DNA of 64,000 nucleotides from positions 800,001-864,000 of the forward strand of contig OY969699.1 of the NCBI GenBank assembly GCA_963702025.1. The letters run 5' to 3'. The stretch's first letter is position 1, and each line of letters begins with the position of its first letter. Source of the DNA: an uncultured bacterium. Lineage in GTDB: Bacteria > Babelota > Babeliae > Babelales > Vermiphilaceae. The notes beneath the pieces were generated by a model that did no database searches, was not told the DNA's origin, and was given only the letters and a program-made list of their open reading frames with translations. This document shows positions 54,223-63,268 of the stretch, piece by piece. The translations under genes and the position numbers were made by a program.

Positions 54223-55605
54223 TTACCACAACTTATAACTATATTTAGTTGGAAAATCTGTTTTAATATTATCGCTTCCACCATTACTCGGTGTAAGTAC
54301 GCGAACATGGTAGGGATTTTGATTGGCAGCATTTTCCAAATTTGTTTTTATTTCTTTTTCCAAAAATGCAAAAATTCGCTCAGTAAGATATCCAGTTATT
54401 AATCCTAGACGAATTAAATATTCAAAGTTATTTTTCAAAAATTTAACTGTGGCTGCATAAGATTTGTTCCCAAAGTATTCTTTGATAGTCACTGCACACA
54501 TACCTGCACAGGCTCCAAAGAGACAAAGCAAAAGTCGTTCCTTCTTGATACCCTTAAATGCGACTATATTACTTTTTGCCGCAAATGATTTGAGCCAAAA
54601 TAACATTTTTGCCAAAGAGGTTTGTTTGAAGATGATATTTTGGGGATTTAAAGGAGTATGGGCAGCATTCAGCAAAAGTTTTTTATATTGTGCCGGATTA
54701 TCAAGACAAACAGAAGCAAGAGGATTATTAGGTAGAGATATACGCTCAATATCTTCATCAATTTCTTTATTTGAAACTGACTCAATACCATTTTTACTTA
54801 AATAAATTGATTTCGAATGGGGAAAAACTTTTTTTAGTGCTTTCACACTAAATGTTTTGATAGGCTCATCAAAAATGTTTATTTGTTCAATCTGATCAAG
54901 AGGTAAAGATTGTCCAAACTCCTTAAGAACCTCTATTCCCTCTAACGATCTAATTTTTTTTGTAATTTTCAATGCTTTAGAAATCCTGGACAAAAAGAAA
55001 ATATTATAGTTATAGTTGTTTATAACCGAATCACCGAGAAAATTCTTCTTAAAAATTTCGAGCCAGTTTTCTTTTCCTTTTACATCAGCCATAAATTGAG
55101 TAAAATCCAGATAATAGGGCAAATTAATTGCAATCGTATCTTTTAATAAGCGTAAATCACTTAATCTCTGCAATTGCTCAATCTTTTGATTCTGTTCTTT
55201 TATTGCTTCAATCTCTTTTTCTAATGCCGTTACATTTTTTTGAACCGATGGGTATGCGCGATTGGCCAGAGCTTCACTGATATTTTCCGGCGCTTGCAAA
55301 AAGTCTGCCAATTCAAATAATTGAGTAAAAAGAGCCTCATTTTTTATTTGATCCAGATATTTTATATCATTGATGACCTTAATTAGCTCAGCAATATTTG
55401 ATGCTGTCATAAAAGCATTCGGCTTAAAACTGATTCTTTCACCGGCAGCAGCCTGTGGCTTGCAATGCTTTATAAAGTCGCAACATTTCAATGCTTCCTC
55501 TTGTTGTTCGGTAAGCTCAACGCTCGGTATTTCCATTGGATATGACATTGAGCAGTATGAAATCAAAAAAGATGCAAGTGCTATTTTTTTTATTACTTTT
55601 TTCAT
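54223..55605 (-). CDS. Secreted protein: BTB/Skp1-like + coiled coil + LRR + hydrophobic segment
   Basis: GGAGG SD; LFELADFLQAP; IYLSKNGI, ISLPNNPL. Confidence 0.8.
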   Translation of the reverse strand: MKKVIKKIALASFLISYCSMSYPMEIPSVELTEQQEEALKCCDFIKHCKPQAAAGERISFKPNAFMTASNIAELIKVINDIKYLDQIKNEALFTQLFELADFLQAPENISEALANRAYPSVQKNVTALEKEIEAIKEQNQKIEQLQRLSDLRLLKDTIAINLPYYLDFTQFMADVKGKENWLEIFKKNFLGDSVINNYNYNIFFLSRISKALKITKKIRSLEGIEVLKEFGQSLPLDQIEQINIFDEPIKTFSVKALKKVFPHSKSIYLSKNGIESVSNKEIDEDIERISLPNNPLASVCLDNPAQYKKLLLNAAHTPLNPQNIIFKQTSLAKMLFWLKSFAAKSNIVAFKGIKKERLLLCLFGACAGMCAVTIKEYFGNKSYAATVKFLKNNFEYLIRLGLITGYLTERIFAFLEKEIKTNLENAANQNPYHVRVLTPSNGGSDNIKTDFPTKYSYKLW

Positions 55606-55790
55606 GATAACCTCCAAATTATTTTATTATATTTATGGTTTTTGTTCATCTTTTGTCGATGGTTCAATCTGTTCTCGTAATTCTTCCGGCAACAATTTTA
55701 TTTGTGCTCGCTGCTCTGCGGTTAATTTGTCTTTATTAAACAGAATATATTTAATGCATGTATCTTTGAGTGAACCGGGAACTTTACCAA
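55424..55790. repeat. Direct repeat copy 1 spanning gene 3' end, spacer and next gene 5' end
   Basis: Near-identical to 56582-56948 (offset 1158). Confidence 0.9.
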
Positions 55791-56763
55791 AGCCGTAGGG
55801 GCCATGGACATAGAGCAGAGATTCTTTATCAAATGCCATAACCTTCAAAGCCTGTAATTTTTTCTCGCAATCTGAAGAATATCTTTGCGGATTTTTTAAA
55901 AATTCTTGTTTTAGTCTTTCAAGCGCATTTTCAAATGTTTCACTCGTATGCGCTTCGTCAAAGCTCGCTTGTTGACACGTAAGTTCTATTATACTCTGCT
56001 TCTGCAAATTAAAAATTCTCACCATATCATTTTCTTTTTTATCAGCAAGTAGGCAATAGGGCAAAAATAGTGGGAAATACCCCACTTTGGGGTGATGAAG
56101 GGTCATCCAGTCATCCGATTCAGGACTGCGCACAACTACTTGCACTAAAGGATCTGCCGGATTGCACGGTAACAAAAGATCATGGCGCTGCTTTAAATCA
56201 AAAAAACATTCGCCACACTGATATTGCAATTGCTTGGCAGTTATCTTAAGTGAACCTTTCACCGAGGGCAATGTATTTGCAGTGGTATCTTGCAAGTTTA
56301 ATAAATCAGCTAATTGCTCTGCTGTTTGTTTTTTTTCACTGTCAGTATTTGTTAATTCTTTCTCTAATTCTTTTATTCTCTCTTGCACAACGGGGCAAAT
56401 GCGTTCGGCAAGCGCTACTAAAATGCATTCTGGCGCGCACAAGAAGTTTGCCAATCGAAATAACTCGATGCACTGAGTATTATCTACGATTCGAAGAAAA
56501 GCGTAAGTATCCAAATATTTAACATCTTGAATCACTTTAATGAGCTCTTCAATATTTTTTGCTGTCATGAAAGAATTCGCTTTAAAACTGATTCTTTCAC
56601 CAGCAGCAGCCTGCGGCTTGCAATGTTTTATAAAGTCGCAACATTTCAATGCTTCCTCTTGCTGTTCAGTAAGCTCAACGCTGGGTATTTCCATGGGATA
56701 TGACATTGAGCAGTATGAAATCAAAAAAGATGCAAGTGCTATTTTTTTTATTACTTTTTTCAT
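55633..56763 (-). CDS. Secreted chimeric protein: BTB/Skp1-like + unnamed domain + SOCS/BC-box-like tail
   Basis: N-terminus identical to the 54223 gene for ~60 aa; LFRLANFLCAP; GSLKDTCIKYI...LLPEELREQI. Confidence 0.8.
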   Translation of the reverse strand: MKKVIKKIALASFLISYCSMSYPMEIPSVELTEQQEEALKCCDFIKHCKPQAAAGERISFKANSFMTAKNIEELIKVIQDVKYLDTYAFLRIVDNTQCIELFRLANFLCAPECILVALAERICPVVQERIKELEKELTNTDSEKKQTAEQLADLLNLQDTTANTLPSVKGSLKITAKQLQYQCGECFFDLKQRHDLLLPCNPADPLVQVVVRSPESDDWMTLHHPKVGYFPLFLPYCLLADKKENDMVRIFNLQKQSIIELTCQQASFDEAHTSETFENALERLKQEFLKNPQRYSSDCEKKLQALKVMAFDKESLLYVHGPYGFGKVPGSLKDTCIKYILFNKDKLTAEQRAQIKLLPEELREQIEPSTKDEQKP

Positions 56764-56948
56764 GATAACCTCCAAATTATTTTATTATATTTATGGTTTT
56801 TGTTCATCTTTTGTCGATGGTTCAACCTGTTCTCGTAATTCTTCCGGCAACAATTTTATTTGTTCACATTGTGCCGCACTTAATTTATGTTTATTAAAGA
56901 AAATATATTTAATGCACGTATCTTTGAGCGAATTGGGAACTTTACCAA
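56582..56948. repeat. Direct repeat copy 2
   Basis: Matches 55424-55790; partial third copy at ~57592-57775. Confidence 0.9.
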
Positions 56949-57582
56949 ATCCATATATACCGTGCGCAAAAACAAAAGGATTTGTATCTACAATAGCCTC
57001 TTTAGCAGATTCTCTTTTTGCCACAATTTTTAATTTTTCCAAGGCTTTTTCGCAGGTGAACCGGGGATATGCAAATCGTAAAAAATGTTGTTTCATCGTC
57101 TCCAATCTCACCTCAAAAATAGGGTTTGTTAATGGTTGGTCATCGAAGGTGGAAGGAGATGGGATCATAAAACTGCTCGCCTTACATACTAACTCTAATA
57201 CACTATTAGTTTTGCTATCAAAAAGCCTAATAAGATCATTCTCTTTTTTGTTTGCAAGTAATGAATAAGGTAATTTGACTTGAAAAAATCCATTTAAATC
57301 GTGACTCAATCTAAATTCTAAGCTAACAAGAGGATCATCATTCTGCTTAAAAGACACATGATATCGGGAACTGTTTTTTTCATCAGTTTCACACAAACCA
57401 CATTGATATTCGATGCAATCATCAAGATACAACTCCCCTTTCACTACTGGATCGATGAGAGTTTGATTTTCCTTTTTTTCTGAAGTGGCACCATTATTAA
57501 GCTCAGGTTTTTCCATAGCAAAAGTGCTGCTAAAAGATACCGATAAGCCAAGTGCAAGTAACGTAGTATTTAATTTATTCAT
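56791..57582 (-). CDS. Secreted protein: unnamed domain + SOCS/BC-box-like tail
   Basis: TFA|MEK; NSLKDTCIKYI...LLPEELREQV. Confidence 0.8.
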   Translation of the reverse strand: MNKLNTTLLALGLSVSFSSTFAMEKPELNNGATSEKKENQTLIDPVVKGELYLDDCIEYQCGLCETDEKNSSRYHVSFKQNDDPLVSLEFRLSHDLNGFFQVKLPYSLLANKKENDLIRLFDSKTNSVLELVCKASSFMIPSPSTFDDQPLTNPIFEVRLETMKQHFLRFAYPRFTCEKALEKLKIVAKRESAKEAIVDTNPFVFAHGIYGFGKVPNSLKDTCIKYIFFNKHKLSAAQCEQIKLLPEELREQVEPSTKDEQKP

Positions 57583-57608
57583 AAAGCCTCAAAATTATTT
57601 TATTATAT

Positions 57609-58352
57609 TTATGTTTTTTGTTCATCTTTTGCCAATGGTTCAATCTGTTCTCTAAGCTCTTCCGGCAATAATTTTATTTGTGCTCGCTGCTCTGCAGTTA
57701 ATTTGTCTTTATTTAAGAAAATATATTTAATGCATGCATCTTTGAGTGAACTGGGGACTTTACCAAATCCATATGGACCGTGGCTTATTGATGTACCTTC
57801 TTGTGCTAAAATCTTTAATTTTAACAACAACTCCCCTTGGCACCAAGCGCCTAATTTTGCTCTATTTAAAAATTCTTGTTTTTTAATTTTTAAGCATTCT
57901 TCAAATGATTGCCAATTATGCCAATTATTATTACCACTGCAAACCAATTCAAAACAACAGTTCTCCTTATCATTAAAGAATCGAACAATATCATTTTGTT
58001 TTTTATCTGCGAGCAAAGAATAAGGCAAATACCGGGGAATTCCATTGTCCGTTCCAACAATACATTTTGTTATAGGTACAACTGGATCATGCGGCTGGTA
58101 TAACAACGAATAATTAGAGGTTAAATTTTTCTCATCCCATCGGCATTTGCCACATTCATAAATAATACTGTCTTGAAGACAAATACGCAGCTCCCCTTCT
58201 ATAATCTTCGGTCCAACTGCTATTAATACTGCTTCTTTCATATCTTGTGTTTTTGAAATTGCAGTTTTTGCCTCAGGCAGTTCCATAGCACCTATAGTTG
58301 CCAAAGTTCCCAACAAGCTCATCGCCAAAGACATTTTATTTAATCTATTCAT
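57609..58352 (-). CDS. Secreted protein: unnamed domain + SOCS/BC-box-like tail
   Basis: IGA|MEL; SSLKDACIKYI...LLPEELREQI. Confidence 0.8.
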   Translation of the reverse strand: MNRLNKMSLAMSLLGTLATIGAMELPEAKTAISKTQDMKEAVLIAVGPKIIEGELRICLQDSIIYECGKCRWDEKNLTSNYSLLYQPHDPVVPITKCIVGTDNGIPRYLPYSLLADKKQNDIVRFFNDKENCCFELVCSGNNNWHNWQSFEECLKIKKQEFLNRAKLGAWCQGELLLKLKILAQEGTSISHGPYGFGKVPSSLKDACIKYIFLNKDKLTAEQRAQIKLLPEELREQIEPLAKDEQKT

Positions 58353-58535
58353 CAACTCCCCAAAAGGGTAAAATTCGTTTTTTGAGAAATAACTACTTTT
58401 TAATACTATCAGGAATTAGTTAATAGTCAATATTTTCTATTTGTAACTTTTTAGGAGTGTTTCAGGTTACAAATCCATTAACCTGGAGGTGTTGCTCTCG
58501 AAAAAATTAATATTATTAACTTAAGCATTTTATAG

Positions 58536-59041
58536 CCCCTGCGCGGCGAGCGATAAACCTGGAGGTGTTCTCGAAAACACCTCCAGACCTCCATTCGCCC
58601 AAGGAGGGCCTTGGGAATCCCTGTGCGATAAACTCACCAACACATCTCCCTTCGGGAGCTGCGTCGGTTCATACATATATCGCAATCAGATCTAACGTTT
58701 TATACATTAACTATACGTAGAGAGCCCGCAACGATGCTTGCCGGGCGCGAAAGCGCCCGAGCGGGCTCTGTTATTTTTTCTCTTTAACGTAGACGCGCTA
58801 ACTCAGAAGTTTTAAGAATGCTTCGACACGCTCAGCCCGAACGGTTTAAAAACTTTAATAAGTAAATTCAGACAAGTGCCACTGAGTGATTGGAGCGCGC
58901 AGCGCGAGGTCGCGAATTGGCACGAAATGAGGGATCCTAAGGCGCAGCCTTGGTCTGGGGATTCCAAAGGGTGTTCAGATTTAACACCCTTTGGCCACCG
59001 CCCGGAGGGCGATTAATAATAATATTCCTGCCGCCGCAGGC
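58536..59041. repeat. GC-rich multi-hairpin non-coding element
   Basis: ctggaggtgtt/aacacctccag, cccaagg/ccttggg, agagcccgc/gcgggctct, gtgcca/tggcac, ccaaagggtgtt/aacaccctttgg and others. Confidence 0.75.
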
Positions 59042-59130
59042 AAATATAAAAATTCTTAATGGCATTGGTCTCATTTGTATCAATAAAAGTAAATAGCTAA
59101 GCTTGAATTAGCATTAAATGAAAGGGCACA

Positions 59131-59331
59131 ATGCGCGCAATAGAATTCACCTCTGATACCAAAGATGGCATCATTCAAATTCCTAAAAAATATCTTAAGA
59201 ACCTTAAGAAAAACATACGCGTAATTATTCTCATTGAAGAAGAAGAAAAAAAAATCAAAAAATTTCCTAGAAAAGGACTTACTACCTTAAAAATAAAAAC
59301 CAAAGGGCTATCATTTGCAAATGAACGGTGA
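59131..59331 (+). CDS. Small protein, probable orphan type II antitoxin
   Basis: MRAIEF...KDGIIQIP...IRVIILIEE...ANER pattern; no toxin ORF downstream. Confidence 0.55.
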   Translation: MRAIEFTSDTKDGIIQIPKKYLKNLKKNIRVIILIEEEEKKIKKFPRKGLTTLKIKTKGLSFANER

Positions 59332-59334
59332 AAC

Positions 59335-60642
59335 TCATATCTCAATCGTCAACAATTCCTGCCAACTCGTGGTAAAACGAGCCGATCTTTTCTCAACTTT
59401 CGTTTTCCAGGGATGATCAACGCCCGTTGCGGCAAAGGTCACCGTTTCATTGCCCCATTTGGTAGTAATATGATCCATGGTGGTCATCATGCGAGCTTGT
59501 TTGCTAATATCCTTATCCATCTGGCTCATAGTGAGCTGCAGATTGTCCGCATCAGTAATATCATTGAGCATAATGCCCACTTTTTTATAGATAAGGCCCT
59601 TTTTAAATACAATATCAATGCATGCTTTAACGGCACTAATTATTGCGGGCGTATATGATGTGGCTTGCGGCAATTGTATGCTGGCACTTTTATAATAGCG
59701 CTGAGGATCATCGTAACTTCTAACCAATACAAAAGCAGATACATGCGAGGCTACAAGTTTTTGTTTGCGTAATTTGCGCGCACCGCTGGTTGCATGCACC
59801 GATGCCGCTTGCTTTAAATGAGTGATATTTGTTATCGGTTTGCCAAATGAGCGGGAGACCACAAAGCTTTTATTCGGCTCAATTTCTTGATCGATGGCAA
59901 AACAGGGAATGCCGCGCAATTCGTGCACCATTCGTAACCCATTAATGGTCATCTTTTTGCGTGCCCACGCGTCAGGGGCATATTTAAGGGCCTTTGCCGT
60001 GGTTATCTTATGGGCAATTAACATTTTTTCATAACGGCGACCAACGCCCCAAATATCGCCGACAGGAACTTTTTCAAGCAGTTCATCAACGTCAGCACGA
60101 TCGGTGATGTCAAAATAACCACCCAATGTCGGATTTTTCTTTGCAATTTTATTGGCAACTTTAGCAAGTGTTTTGGTTGGTGCAATGCCAATAGAAATAG
60201 GAATACCCGTATACTGTTTAACTTTACGAATTAATAATTGAGAGCGCGCGGCGAAATAATCGGGATCTTGCTCGTGACCATAATCAACAATATGTAAAAA
60301 TGCTTCATCAACCGAATAGACTTCAATATCAGCAGCCTCTTGAGCAAGCGTTTGCATGACGCGGGAAGACATATCGCCGTAGAGTGAAAAATTGGATGAA
60401 AAAACATGCACCTTATGTTTTTTAAAAAACGGCTCATATTGAAAGGCCGGTGCGCCCATGGGAATTTCTAATGCCTTGGCTTCATTAGAACGCGCGATAA
60501 CACAGCCATCGTTACTGGAAAGCACCACAACCGGCTTGCCAATCAATGTTGGATCAAATACGCGTTCACACGAAACAAAAAAATTATTGCAATCAACCAG
60601 CAATATTCGTTTAGGTTTGCCGGATAATATAGGTGACGACAC
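59335..60642 (-). CDS. umuC: Y-family DNA polymerase V subunit UmuC
   Basis: VDCNNFFVSCERVF, LSSNDGC, YSVDEAFL, DVWGVG-like, C-terminal RFTTSWQEL; GTG start overlapping umuD. Confidence 0.93.
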   Translation of the reverse strand: MSSPILSGKPKRILLVDCNNFFVSCERVFDPTLIGKPVVVLSSNDGCVIARSNEAKALEIPMGAPAFQYEPFFKKHKVHVFSSNFSLYGDMSSRVMQTLAQEAADIEVYSVDEAFLHIVDYGHEQDPDYFAARSQLLIRKVKQYTGIPISIGIAPTKTLAKVANKIAKKNPTLGGYFDITDRADVDELLEKVPVGDIWGVGRRYEKMLIAHKITTAKALKYAPDAWARKKMTINGLRMVHELRGIPCFAIDQEIEPNKSFVVSRSFGKPITNITHLKQAASVHATSGARKLRKQKLVASHVSAFVLVRSYDDPQRYYKSASIQLPQATSYTPAIISAVKACIDIVFKKGLIYKKVGIMLNDITDADNLQLTMSQMDKDISKQARMMTTMDHITTKWGNETVTFAATGVDHPWKTKVEKRSARFTTSWQELLTIEI

Positions 60643-60988
60643 CCCACACCTCAAAATCTCTATCAGCAGTAATGGTTAAGGGTTCATTATTCTTTCCATC
60701 TCCCAATAAGATTAACGCATCGGGCGCAATCTGTACACGCCGCACCAACAATTGGCCATCCAAACGGGCAATAATAATTGTATGATTAGAAAGAGAAAGT
60801 GAGCGATCAACCACCAAAATATCGTTGGACCAAATCCCTTCATCGAGCATTGTATCGCCCTTCACGCGCACAAAAAAAGTGGCTGCCGGATGTTGGATAA
60901 TCAGTTCATTTAAATCAAGCGAGAGAGAAAAATCATTTTCGGCCCAGGAATGGAAACGGGTAGATACGGAAATTTTTTTGTTATTCAT
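60611..60988 (-). CDS. umuD: UmuD-like S24 protein, catalytically degenerate
   Basis: LDLNELIIQHPAATFFVRVKGDTM, LVVDRSL, EVWGVVTYII. Confidence 0.85.
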   Translation of the reverse strand: MNNKKISVSTRFHSWAENDFSLSLDLNELIIQHPAATFFVRVKGDTMLDEGIWSNDILVVDRSLSLSNHTIIIARLDGQLLVRRVQIAPDALILLGDGKNNEPLTITADRDFEVWGVVTYIIRQT

Positions 60989-61144
60989 TGGTATTCTTTA
61001 TTTATTAACCTCCAGTTCATGCTGGCCCTTTTGCTAAACTCGGGAAAAACTCGCCAATCCCCATTCATGTTCAGGATGAGTGAAATGGAAAAGTTCTATA
61101 TCAAAATGATATCATTTATTATATATTATTTAATATTACAGGAG

Positions 61145-62472
61145 CAATACTCCGGACAGTTTTAACATCTAATCATCCCGAATTTAATTGCACTTTTTAA
61201 CCCTGGATCGAATTTTATTAAATTCGGGTCCAATCCTAACTTTGAAATAATCTGTTTTGTGAGCATTTCATTGTAGTTTTTGCGCTTATGACTTGCCATG
61301 GAAAAAGGAACTTTTTCCGGCAAGCTTTTCTTGGCTTCAACCTCCTGAACCTTGGCTATTGTAAGAGCGGAAAAAGAGGCATTAAAGTGATGATTGAGCT
61401 TTTCTTTGCTGCGCGCTTGAGATTCGGTAAGTCCTGTAAATTGTTTCGCATCACGAAAAACAAACTCAATTTGAAAACGTGCCTTGTAAAAGTCATAAAT
61501 ATCACGCGCGCTTAACGAAAAATCTGTTGAAAAAAGAAGACAAATAGATTCTTTGTTTTTAACACATACAACTCGAACCGTTCGCTTAAGACTTATGCTG
61601 TAATAATCAGCAAAATACAATGAAATGTGTTCATCAATTTTATCTGAAAAATTAAAATTGCTGAGATCTTTTACATCAACTTTCTTTCCGTACTTTCTTG
61701 GCCTTCCGCGACCTCTATTTTGCTCAAAAACTAAATATCGTAAATTAGCATCAGATCGCAATCGACTTATTACATGATAATTATCAGATCTCATCGCCGA
61801 TACAAATTGTTCTTTTGCAAAATAAGCATCACAAACTAAAAACTTTATATCAAATTTTTCTTTGATTTTGGGAAGCTGCCCTTGAAGGCTATGAATATAA
61901 AAATTGATTCGAGTTGCATCAGATTTGCCAATTATTTGAACAATTTCATCTTTTGGTGGTGTTTGCTGAACAGAAAGCGGATATCCAATATTTTCGTCAA
62001 CATCGATTAATGCTAGCCCGCTTGCCTCTAATCCTTTTTCAGATTTGCTTTGTGAACCATTCCAGAATGATTCTCTACCGTAAGTTTTTTTGCCTGATTT
62101 TTCTATGAAAAATGGATCAAATGCCAAGATCAGTCGCTTTTCTTGAATGATTATTCTTTTCACCGCAATGAGGTTGAATTGAAGATAATCAAAGCATTTA
62201 GCAAAGTTTCGAGAAAAAGTTTTTTCGCTCATATCAGCATATCTAGCCATGTTGGCAAAATTTACGCGACCAGCCATCGAAAGTATCGTGCTCATCAGGT
62301 CATTTACAAACTTTTTTTGAGGTTTCGAAATTTTTGTCATTTTTTCCAAAATTTCCTGTATAATTTTCATTGCCGCATTTCCCTTTTTTGAGGAAGTTTG
62401 ATTGACTCCCACTAATTATGGATATGCGGCCTAAACTTTCAAGTCACTTTCAAAAAACTGTCCGAACTATTG
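61145..62472 (-). mobile_element. Complete insertion sequence, IS4/IS701-like (1328 bp)
   Basis: TIRs caatactccggacagttt / aaactgtccgaactattg; 7-bp TSD ACAGGAG at 61138-61144 and 62473-62479. Confidence 0.9.
61162..62370 (-). CDS. DDE transposase (IS4/IS701-like)
   Basis: AFDPFFIEKSGKKT, CDAYF, RGRPRKYG, YKARFQIEFVFRDAKQ. Confidence 0.9.
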   Translation of the reverse strand: MKIIQEILEKMTKISKPQKKFVNDLMSTILSMAGRVNFANMARYADMSEKTFSRNFAKCFDYLQFNLIAVKRIIIQEKRLILAFDPFFIEKSGKKTYGRESFWNGSQSKSEKGLEASGLALIDVDENIGYPLSVQQTPPKDEIVQIIGKSDATRINFYIHSLQGQLPKIKEKFDIKFLVCDAYFAKEQFVSAMRSDNYHVISRLRSDANLRYLVFEQNRGRGRPRKYGKKVDVKDLSNFNFSDKIDEHISLYFADYYSISLKRTVRVVCVKNKESICLLFSTDFSLSARDIYDFYKARFQIEFVFRDAKQFTGLTESQARSKEKLNHHFNASFSALTIAKVQEVEAKKSLPEKVPFSMASHKRKNYNEMLTKQIISKLGLDPNLIKFDPGLKSAIKFGMIRC

Positions 62473-62510
62473 ACAGGAGAATTTATCCGAAAACTATTAT
62501 AAGGACCCTT

Positions 62511-62810
62511 ATGTCACCCCAAATAAATCCTGATGACAAAAAAGAAGTTATTCATGCAGTGGAATACCATTATCCCGATGCAAAAATAATTCTGTTTGGA
62601 TCACGTGCCCATGGAAAAGCAAAAGAGGGTTCCGATATTGATATTGCAATTGATATCGGCGAACCTATCCCGTTGCATGAAATGTCGCGTATACGAACTA
62701 CAATGGAAAACTTAACAATACCATTAATGGTGGATGTCGTTGATATGCAACGCATACCCGAAGAATTCAAGCAGATAATTTTGAAACATGGTATTGTATG
62801 GAAAAATTAA
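62511..62810 (+). CDS. Minimal nucleotidyltransferase (MntA-type antitoxin)
   Basis: LFGSRAHG...SDIDIAI (GSx10DxD), VDVVD. Confidence 0.9.
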   Translation: MSPQINPDDKKEVIHAVEYHYPDAKIILFGSRAHGKAKEGSDIDIAIDIGEPIPLHEMSRIRTTMENLTIPLMVDVVDMQRIPEEFKQIILKHGIVWKN

Positions 62811-63268
62811 AAATATCACTCCATTCTCTCAATAAAGCATTAAAAACCTTAGATTCTTCGCTTATCACATTACAAAAAGCAAAAGATTTAAAAATTGAAG
62901 AATTTATCTTGGCAAGTCAAGATTCAGTTATTCAAAGGTTCGAATATTGCTATGAAGGATTTTGGAAATTTTTAAAACAATATTTAGAAAAAACACACAA
63001 CATAGAAACTGAAGAAATAAAAAGTCCCAAAAAAGTTTTTCGCTACGGTGTTAAAATAAGAATTTGCTCTGAACAAGAAGGGAAAATACTTATCCAAATG
63101 TCAAATTCTCGTAATGCAACTTCTCACACCTATAGCCTCGAAGAAGTGCATGCAATCTTACCCAATATTCCTCTCTATCACGAATGCATGTTAAAGATAC
63201 GTGATCGTATTATAACAGCCATTAGGCACACCCAGACATGTGATGAAATTCATAACTTATTAAACTAG
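62798..63268 (+). CDS. HEPN/HI0074-family toxin (HepT-type)
   Basis: IQRFEYCYE, SPKKVFR, RNATSHTY (Rx4HxY); overlaps MNT stop. Confidence 0.9.
   Translation: MEKLKISLHSLNKALKTLDSSLITLQKAKDLKIEEFILASQDSVIQRFEYCYEGFWKFLKQYLEKTHNIETEEIKSPKKVFRYGVKIRICSEQEGKILIQMSNSRNATSHTYSLEEVHAILPNIPLYHECMLKIRDRIITAIRHTQTCDEIHNLLN

Noticed and set aside
56540..57268. Long plus-strand ORFs antisense to the array (also 55370, 57703)
   Set aside because: Shadow frames of the minus-strand genes
53476..58352. Diversity-generating retroelement (repeated 3' gene ends as VR/TR)
   Set aside because: Differences between copies are not adenine-specific, all copies are coding, and no reverse transcriptase is in the window
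52234..62472. Composite transposon carrying the array and umuDC
   Set aside because: Each IS has its own TSD, showing independent insertions; the elements differ
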